From positions 570,001 to 602,000 of the forward strand of contig NZ_LT934425.1 in assembly GCF_900232105.1 (NCBI RefSeq): DNA of 32,000 nucleotides, written 5' to 3'. How positions within the stretch are numbered: position 1 is the first letter of the stretch; every line of letters begins with the position of its first letter. Shown here piece after piece: positions 25,692 through 32,000 of this stretch. The translations under genes and the position numbers were made by a program. The stretch comes from Candidatus Kuenenia stuttgartensis. GTDB lineage: Bacteria > Planctomycetota > Brocadiia > Brocadiales > Brocadiaceae. The notes beneath the pieces were generated by a model, which ran no database searches, was not told the DNA's origin, and was given only the letters and a program-made list of their open reading frames with translations.

Positions 25692-25733
25692 CAGCCATCA
25701 GCTATGAGCCATGCGCTAAGAACCATCACCCAT
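25692..25733. repeat. Six heptamers of the same family upstream of 4HB copy 2, running into the last codons of the radical SAM gene
   Basis: Minus-strand reading: ATGGGTG ATGGTTC TTAGCGC ATGGCTC ATAGCTG ATGGCTG. The first two and a half units encode the C-terminal MGDGS-stop of the radical SAM ORF. Confidence 0.85.
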
Positions 25734-26744
25734 ATCCGGCAAGCACAATTCAGGTTCTTTGTTCATCATAACACGTAGTTTATTTTTTACAATCCACTTC
25801 ATTGGAATACGTATATGCTTCTTTATCACAGGCGCTGCATTACCAACCATCCAGCATCGTTTATCGCATGTATCAACGGCACTACGAACTATATCTGCCC
25901 CTTTGCTATTCCAGATATCTTCAAATGAACTTTCTCTAATATTTCCCATAGGCATTTTACAGTTCATGCCATTGCAGGGAAGAACGTCCCCTGATGGGTC
26001 TATAAAACAGGATTCGGAACCCATTTCACATTTTAAAAACCTATTGCCATCATAGATGTAATTCATAAGACCGTAATTAAAATATGCACGGAACCATTTC
26101 TTAATAGATTTCGACTTTAATAATTCTACGATCAGCCTGGAGAACTCTTTACACACCACATCTTTATTTTCAATGCGGTTATCCAGTTTGTAAAAATAGT
26201 GTGAGTTGTGAAGCGTTGCAGTGGCAAACTCATAGCCAAGTACATTTGATAACTCATAGAGTGGTATAAGATCTTTACAATTCATATCCTGGACTGTCAT
26301 ACCAAAGCCAATGTCCTTTAAACCCATTTTTCGCAATGTGAACAGTGTTCTCAACCCTCTGTCAAATCCCTCCGGAATTCCTCTAATAGTGTCATTCGCT
26401 TTTTGGAATCCTTCGATACTTATCCTTATTCCAAGATCAGGATGCTTTTGGCACAGCGCTACAATCCGGTCGGTAAAAAATCCATTAGTACTTATAACTA
26501 TTCGCCTTGTCTTAGGACGTATTGCTTCAATAATTTCAGCAATATCCTGCCGGAGAAAGGGTTCTCCACCGGTAATATTTATAAACCTCAACCCGGAAGG
26601 TAATTTTTCGATATCATTTATAGTAATTTCTTCGCTTGATTTAGTGGGATAATGCCACACATCACACATGTTGCACTTTGCGTTGCATCTGTAAGTAAGT
26701 ATGATACAAATTTCCCTTGGTAGTGGCATTTTCTGATTCACCAT
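25716..26744 (-). CDS. Radical SAM protein with a SPASM/twitch-like C-terminal Cys cluster, 342 aa
   Basis: A CX3CX2C motif is near the N-terminus (YRCNAKCNMCDVW), followed by ITGGEPFLRQD. The C-terminal CFIDPSGDVLPC (C..G-x4-C) plus further Cys residues (CNGMNC, CDKRC) suggest an auxiliary Fe-S domain. Confidence 0.8.
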   Translation of the reverse strand: MVNQKMPLPREICIILTYRCNAKCNMCDVWHYPTKSSEEITINDIEKLPSGLRFINITGGEPFLRQDIAEIIEAIRPKTRRIVISTNGFFTDRIVALCQKHPDLGIRISIEGFQKANDTIRGIPEGFDRGLRTLFTLRKMGLKDIGFGMTVQDMNCKDLIPLYELSNVLGYEFATATLHNSHYFYKLDNRIENKDVVCKEFSRLIVELLKSKSIKKWFRAYFNYGLMNYIYDGNRFLKCEMGSESCFIDPSGDVLPCNGMNCKMPMGNIRESSFEDIWNSKGADIVRSAVDTCDKRCWMVGNAAPVIKKHIRIPMKWIVKNKLRVMMNKEPELCLPDMGDGS

Positions 26745-27151
26745 AGTTTGTCCTTTTTTAGTAAAAAGAAGTTTTTAAAGTAAGTGAGTAACTTTACGCT
26801 GGCATAGCCAGAACCAAACAAGCACGAAACAAATTCTAATGACAAAATGATTTGAAATGCTAAACAAACGCATCTTTCGTATTTCGCGCTTCGTATTGTT
26901 TTGCCTGCCCGTGCGTGATCGCACGCAAACAGGGATGCTTTGGATTTGTTTTGAATTTTATGCTTTGTAATTAGGATTTGATTCGGATTTCGTATTTAGC
27001 ATTTTCGGATTTTACCATTAAATATTTTGTCAAAAAAATGTAAAGGAATTACTGATAAGGTACTATTACATATTTATTCGCCACACTAAGATACTAAAGG
27101 CGCGAAGCATTATTTCTTCTTTTCTTTGAGGCTCTGTGGCTTTGTGTGAGC

Positions 27152-28069
27152 TTATTTTTTTCTCGCCATTAGCATAACACCAAGCATTTTCATTTCTGAA
27201 GAATCCAAATTCCTGAATTTTTTATTTAGTCTCAGCTTAACTCTTTTTAAATATTCTTCTTCCACAACAATAACAGGTTCAATTATTACATCAACCCAAC
27301 CTTTTTTTTCTAACATATCTTTATACTCAAATGCCCTTACTCTATTTGGAGAGCCTTTAAACTTAAAGGTATTCCAAAACCAATCACTGTACCGATATAT
27401 ATTTAAAGGGTCACGATCTCTTATCCAGGAGGTGTGTGTCTTCAAATCAATTAATGTAACTAATACCCCCCCCCGATTAACTACATTGCTAAGTTCCATG
27501 AGAGTTCTTTCGACATCTGTAAAATGTTCAAAAGCCGCCTGGCTAAAGACAACATCAACCTTCTCTTTAATTTTTGAAATCGCAAAACCTTTATCTACAA
27601 TATAATTTATCTCAGTGTATTCCCTTTTATGGCACTTACTCAATGTTTCCTTTAAATGTTCAATATTACAGTTTGTATAACGTTTCTTTAATCGTTCAAA
27701 TAATTTGTCATAAAATTCTACTGGGGACGAAAAGGCTAACTTATTAACATCCAGTGCAATATACTTTTTCGCGCCAAGCGCCAATAATATCAAACCGACT
27801 CCAAAATCCGGACCGGGACCAAGCTCAAGGACTATTTTGTTCGTCAAAGGTTTTTCATCATTAGAATAAAAACGAAGATATTCAATCCAACTATCAACAA
27901 CCTTGAAATCATAATCAATAGACCGCTCTATTTCATTGATAGAAAAAGTTCTGGGCGTCTTATAACCAAAGAAGCTATGTCTCAAATAATTCAGTATAAT
28001 AAATACTGCACCAATAAGATGGTATCTAATATTTTTAACGTCTTCCGGTTTGACTGTTTTTATGTTCAT
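27152..28069 (-). CDS. Class I SAM-dependent methyltransferase, 305 aa; contains a G9 homopolymer tract
   Basis: Motif I is VLELGPGPDFGVGLILLALGAKKYIALDV. Also present are VDVVFSQAAFEHF and VNRGGVLV. The ATG is 1 nt after the upstream stop (TGAcATG). Confidence 0.8.
   Translation of the reverse strand: MNIKTVKPEDVKNIRYHLIGAVFIILNYLRHSFFGYKTPRTFSINEIERSIDYDFKVVDSWIEYLRFYSNDEKPLTNKIVLELGPGPDFGVGLILLALGAKKYIALDVNKLAFSSPVEFYDKLFERLKKRYTNCNIEHLKETLSKCHKREYTEINYIVDKGFAISKIKEKVDVVFSQAAFEHFTDVERTLMELSNVVNRGGVLVTLIDLKTHTSWIRDRDPLNIYRYSDWFWNTFKFKGSPNRVRAFEYKDMLEKKGWVDVIIEPVIVVEEEYLKRVKLRLNKKFRNLDSSEMKMLGVMLMARKK
27466..27474 (-). repeat. Homopolymer C9 on the plus strand (G9 on the coding strand) inside the methyltransferase CDS
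   Basis: Counted directly: taata ccccccccc gatt. The codons are CGG GGG GGG GTA (R G G V). It is the longest G/C homopolymer I found in the window. Confidence 0.95.
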
Positions 28070-28070
28070 G

Positions 28071-29318
28071 TCAATATTTTCCTATCGCTGATTGATAAAT
28101 GTTTATTAATCCCTGATAATACTTTTCAGCGTTCAAATTTTGCTCTACAAATACCCTGGCATTTTCCCTCATCTCTGCGACTTTACCAGGGTTATCCAAT
28201 ACGTATCTTATCTTTTCAGCCAGCTCATGGGCATTTCCTGATTCAAAAGTCAATCCTGTTATTCCCTCTTTAACTAATTCCGGAATTCCACCGATTTTTG
28301 CCCCGATAACTGGGACGCCAAGGGCAAAGGCCTCTAATACTGACATGGGATTATTTTCATACCACTCGGAGGGAAGAACAACAGCCAAACATTTTTTTAT
28401 CTCTTTATATAACGCCTCGCCTTTTATATATCCAGGGAATTGAATATTATTACTCCCATCCGATTTAGCCTTTTCTTCAAGGTCCCCTTTTATTGGCCCA
28501 TCACCGATTATCTTAACCTCGACTTTGCGGTTAGTATTTAGCAACTTTGTAGCTTTAATGAGTGTATATAATCCTTTCTCCGGCGCTAGTCTACCAAAAT
28601 AAACGAGGGAGTTCTCACGACCATTTTCCCCGTCTTTCACTTTTCCAAATTTCTTTATATCAATAAAATTAGGCAAATGAATGATTTTCTTCCTGAAACC
28701 CATCCCCGCCAGCTTTTTTTTCAGGAAAAAGCTTGGGGAAATGAAGGCATCCACATTGTCGTATATGTCAAAAAACCTGTGATGCACATACATCTCCAAT
28801 GCAGCAAGACAGCTTTTAGCAAGTGATCCTTTGACGCATTTGTTTTTGATTACTGCTAAATAGTTCCCCCCGGAACAGACCTCACAGTTTTTACCATTAG
28901 CCATCATCAAATAAGAGGCGCAAACCATCTTATAGTCATGAAGCGTCATCACAACAGGTATCTTTCTTTTTTTTAAAATATGCAAGATTGAAGGGGAAAT
29001 CTGATGGTGGATGTTGTGGAGGTGTGCAATATCAACGGGGTATTCATTCAACAATTTAGAAAGCAATTTCTTTGCCTTCAGAGAATAAAGAATCCTGCCT
29101 GTGCTTTTTAGTTGGTTTATCACGCCATTGCTACTCGTATTCAAGTCTACATAAGGCATGAAATAATCCTTGGTTTTACAGGATAGATTTTCCGGATGTT
29201 GCATGGAGAAGAATATAGATTTGTGACCGTGAGATTCCAGTATTTTTGCCGTCTCAAAGTAAACAGTCTCACACCCGCCACGCATATAATGAAATTTATT
29301 GATGTTAAGGATATTCAT
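28071..29318 (-). CDS. Glycosyltransferase family 4 (group 1), 415 aa
   Basis: C-terminal VVLPSEWYENNPMSVLEAFALGVPVIGAKIGGIPELVKEGITGLTFESGN is the GT4 E-x7-E region. The N-terminal half is GT-B-like. Confidence 0.85.
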   Translation of the reverse strand: MNILNINKFHYMRGGCETVYFETAKILESHGHKSIFFSMQHPENLSCKTKDYFMPYVDLNTSSNGVINQLKSTGRILYSLKAKKLLSKLLNEYPVDIAHLHNIHHQISPSILHILKKRKIPVVMTLHDYKMVCASYLMMANGKNCEVCSGGNYLAVIKNKCVKGSLAKSCLAALEMYVHHRFFDIYDNVDAFISPSFFLKKKLAGMGFRKKIIHLPNFIDIKKFGKVKDGENGRENSLVYFGRLAPEKGLYTLIKATKLLNTNRKVEVKIIGDGPIKGDLEEKAKSDGSNNIQFPGYIKGEALYKEIKKCLAVVLPSEWYENNPMSVLEAFALGVPVIGAKIGGIPELVKEGITGLTFESGNAHELAEKIRYVLDNPGKVAEMRENARVFVEQNLNAEKYYQGLINIYQSAIGKY

Positions 29319-29320
29319 TT

Positions 29321-30490
29321 TTACAAGTATTTTTTGAATTCGATATATCTGGCTTCCCAGGAATTTTCACTTATAAAGTGTTTAAACTGGTCATCCGGAA
29401 TTGCGCTTAATTTATTTTCGCCTTTAAACAGGGAATCCTGGACAAATTTAATGAACTCTTCTCCTGTATGGGCAACATATAAATATTTTTCATATTCAAG
29501 GATATCAGGTAATGCGGTTGAAACTATGGGCTTTTTAAAATACAGGTACTCAAAGAGTTTCGTTGGAAATACCCCCTTCCCGTGCTCGCTCAATGCATAT
29601 GGAATAATAAACAAATCCATGCAGTCCATATATATTGGAAGCTGCTTGAAATGTTTCCAACCAAGAAAAACAATATTATTACAATCGAGTTTCTTCTTTG
29701 CTTCGGATGTTTCACTTCCAATTAATATCACCGTAGCCGCAGGTATATCTACTGCAAGTTTTCTAACAAGGTCGAAGTCAAAGGTTTGATGGAAACTGCC
29801 GATATAACAAATTCTATTATTGCCCATATTTGCCAAATCGCCAGGTATTCCAACATCTTTTATTCTGTTAATATTATAATTCCCGATATCTATTCCTTGA
29901 GGTATGCGTACTACATTTTTATTCAATTCCAGTTTTTCACTAAAAATGGTTATTGAGTCAGCGATAACCAGATCAACCTTTTTTGCTATGTTTTTATCGT
30001 TAAAAACAACTTCTGGCGGAAAGTATTTATTGAATTCAAATCTCTGTACACAATCGTATATTCTTTTTACGGCAGGAATTTTATCAAAAATATCGTTCAC
30101 ATAATTCGCTGGATGGCTAATAATAACACTATCAAAATGGTTTATTTTGTACTTTTTCATTATTTTTCTTATCTGCAAAAGTGCTAACTTCGCATTGAGG
30201 AATCGAAAGATTCCTCTTTGAAGAGGGAATATCTTTAATTGTATAAAACAAAGATGCTTCATAGTAAATCGGCCTTTTCCACCAACGTTTCTAACCAAAA
30301 AGAATCTTTTAATGAATGCTTTAAGCATTTTGATAATTCCCACATTTTTAGCACTTATTCTTTCAATGTAAAATACATTAAAATCTTTAACCAAGAATTC
30401 GACTATTGTTTGTTGTCGTTGTTTTAATAACTCCCAATCACGAATAGAAAATGAACCTATAATCAAAATATTTTTATTTTTTGTATCCAT
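29321..30490 (-). CDS. Putative GT-B glycosyltransferase (group 1-like, TuaH-like), 389 aa
   Basis: ICYIGSF...VILIGSE...IVFLGWKHFKQLPIYMDCMDLFIIPY...FPTKLFEYLYFKKPIVST resembles the C-terminal nucleotide-sugar-binding half of GT1/GT4 enzymes. The N-terminal half is divergent. Confidence 0.65.
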   Translation of the reverse strand: MDTKNKNILIIGSFSIRDWELLKQRQQTIVEFLVKDFNVFYIERISAKNVGIIKMLKAFIKRFFLVRNVGGKGRFTMKHLCFIQLKIFPLQRGIFRFLNAKLALLQIRKIMKKYKINHFDSVIISHPANYVNDIFDKIPAVKRIYDCVQRFEFNKYFPPEVVFNDKNIAKKVDLVIADSITIFSEKLELNKNVVRIPQGIDIGNYNINRIKDVGIPGDLANMGNNRICYIGSFHQTFDFDLVRKLAVDIPAATVILIGSETSEAKKKLDCNNIVFLGWKHFKQLPIYMDCMDLFIIPYALSEHGKGVFPTKLFEYLYFKKPIVSTALPDILEYEKYLYVAHTGEEFIKFVQDSLFKGENKLSAIPDDQFKHFISENSWEARYIEFKKYL

Positions 30491-30625
30491 TAAAATCTTT
30501 TCTGGTTAATCACCTCTTAAAACGAGCTACTATTAAAGTGGTACAATAATTAATTATTTAAAATTCTTACGCCGCCTAAAGATACCGTAGGATATTCGTA
30601 TGATTCATACCTTTCTCCATTCATA

Positions 30626-31975
30626 CTAATTACTCTCAAACTCAAGACCTGAAGAAATATTTTTTTGCGGGTTTTCCCGTACGATTACCCCATTATATAT
30701 TCCTAGTAATCCCCAAAATATATGGCCGTTTGCAAGTGCGTTACCTGTTATACCATATACCAGAAAACTAACAAGCATTAGTAATGCAACCTTTGCAAAA
30801 TCGTTTTCTTTAAGGTTTTTTACGGCAAAAACAAGCATAGTAAATAATAGGGTTAGATAGCCTATTCCTCCGAAAATCCCCGTTTCGGCAAACATGAGCA
30901 TATAATCCCCATGTGCAGCTATATTTTTACCGAATTCGTGGGCGGATAATTCAAAAAATGTCCCAATCCCGCTACCAAAGATAGGATGCTCTTTGAAGAT
31001 ACTCAACGCATATTGAAACAACTCCAACCTTCCTAATGCAGAGCTATCAACAGTTGACGCACGAGAAATAATCTTGTTCGATATAAACACAAAGATTATC
31101 CCTAGCGGTAAAGCAAATCTCAATATTTTCTTATATTTGAACAAGAAGAAAAAAAGAATTAATTGGAGAGCAACTGCAATCCAGGTAATTCTGGTAAAAG
31201 TGAGAAGTATATTTAATAAAAATAAAAACGGTAGAAGACGATAAAGATATTTGCCGTCTTTCTTTCTCATGAAAAAATAGAGGTACAGCGGTAAAAATAT
31301 TAACAAGGCAAATGAATAGCCCGGCGCGTGCGGAAAGCTGGTTCGTATTCTTTCAAAACTTTGGATAATTTGATAATCCTGATAAATCAGATTAGTTATC
31401 GAACGTCCATAAAAGATATTATACCCAGTTATGTACTCAATAATCCCACAGATTAACAATGCGATAAAGATAGCCGTTATAAATTTGAATATCTTTTTTT
31501 CAATGTTATTGTTGCTGACAACAACAAAGTAGGTTAATAAATAAAAAGAAAACGCTGCAAGTACCCTGGTTAAACCCCTGACGGATGTCGACAGGCTCAC
31601 TGAAAATGGTGTCGTTAATACCAAATAGAGTGAAAATAGAAGTATCGGATATATGATGCTTTTATTCCAATACTCTCTTCTTACCTGAATAAAGTCTTTT
31701 AACCTTATATAAAAAAACAAAATCATCATTATATTTAGAATCCCCAGCAAATTAATGCTTTGGCTTCCCGATAATGAAATACTCAACCTATCTGCAAATC
31801 CTGCAAAAGCCAGATAGACAAAGAAATAAATATTTATAACTGCCAGTTCACTCCTCAAAATAAAGACGATGGTTATCGTCATTAACAAAAAGACAACCGC
31901 TAGTTTGGCATTATATAATAAAGAAACTGCAAATAGAGTTGAAAGCATCGCTACCGCAAAGACGTTCTTTCCCAT
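30626..31975 (-). CDS. O-antigen ligase / polymerase family membrane protein (Wzy_C domain), 449 aa
   Basis: Ten or more hydrophobic segments. The motif AHGDYMLMFAETGIFGG matches the Wzy_C hallmark (aHN.yL....E.G..G) shared by WaaL ligases, Wzy polymerases and PglL/WsaB-type O-oligosaccharyltransferases. Confidence 0.8.
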   Translation of the reverse strand: MGKNVFAVAMLSTLFAVSLLYNAKLAVVFLLMTITIVFILRSELAVINIYFFVYLAFAGFADRLSISLSGSQSINLLGILNIMMILFFYIRLKDFIQVRREYWNKSIIYPILLFSLYLVLTTPFSVSLSTSVRGLTRVLAAFSFYLLTYFVVVSNNNIEKKIFKFITAIFIALLICGIIEYITGYNIFYGRSITNLIYQDYQIIQSFERIRTSFPHAPGYSFALLIFLPLYLYFFMRKKDGKYLYRLLPFLFLLNILLTFTRITWIAVALQLILFFFLFKYKKILRFALPLGIIFVFISNKIISRASTVDSSALGRLELFQYALSIFKEHPIFGSGIGTFFELSAHEFGKNIAAHGDYMLMFAETGIFGGIGYLTLLFTMLVFAVKNLKENDFAKVALLMLVSFLVYGITGNALANGHIFWGLLGIYNGVIVRENPQKNISSGLEFESN

Positions 31976-32000
31976 TTCTTGTAACTTCTCAATAAATTGT

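Noticed and set aside
29196-29789. 197-aa plus-strand ORF
   Set aside because: It is antisense across the junction of two glycosyltransferase genes in an AT-rich region where long spurious ORFs are expected.

Overview
Bacterial window, AT-rich by eye; the taxon cannot be determined from sequence alone. It is dominated by a minus-strand cell-surface glycan biosynthesis and export island in two halves. (i) 1-10198 is a tightly coupled operon: rfbF, UXS-like SDR, ugd, class IV aminotransferase, C-methyltransferase-family enzyme, DUF4910/aminopeptidase-like protein, methyltransferase, nucleotidyltransferase, ABC-2 permease, and an ABC ATPase cut by the window edge. (ii) 23597-31975 encodes a Wzy_C/O-antigen-ligase-family membrane protein, three glycosyltransferases, a methyltransferase carrying a G9 tract and a radical SAM/SPASM-like enzyme. 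A sulfotransferase is the only plus-strand gene. Three things lie between the halves. The first is a 1.57-kb ORF-free region packed with repeated hairpin modules. The second is an IS110-family insertion sequence. The third is an 8.7-kb gene for a ~2,892-aa secreted mosaic protein (unassigned N-terminal domain, Asp-box beta-propeller region, Ig/Fn3-like domains, three LamG modules, six 107-aa Big_5-type repeats) whose 3' third is built of nested near-identical DNA repeats. The most unusual element is a ~1-kb cassette (24732-25733) of two tandem, about 95% identical four-helix-bundle genes (23S rRNA IVS-protein / Avd-like family). Each gene is bracketed by imperfect heptanucleotide arrays that also supply the terminal codons of the neighbouring radical SAM and glycosyltransferase genes. 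All family assignments come from motif recognition by eye; no database search was possible.
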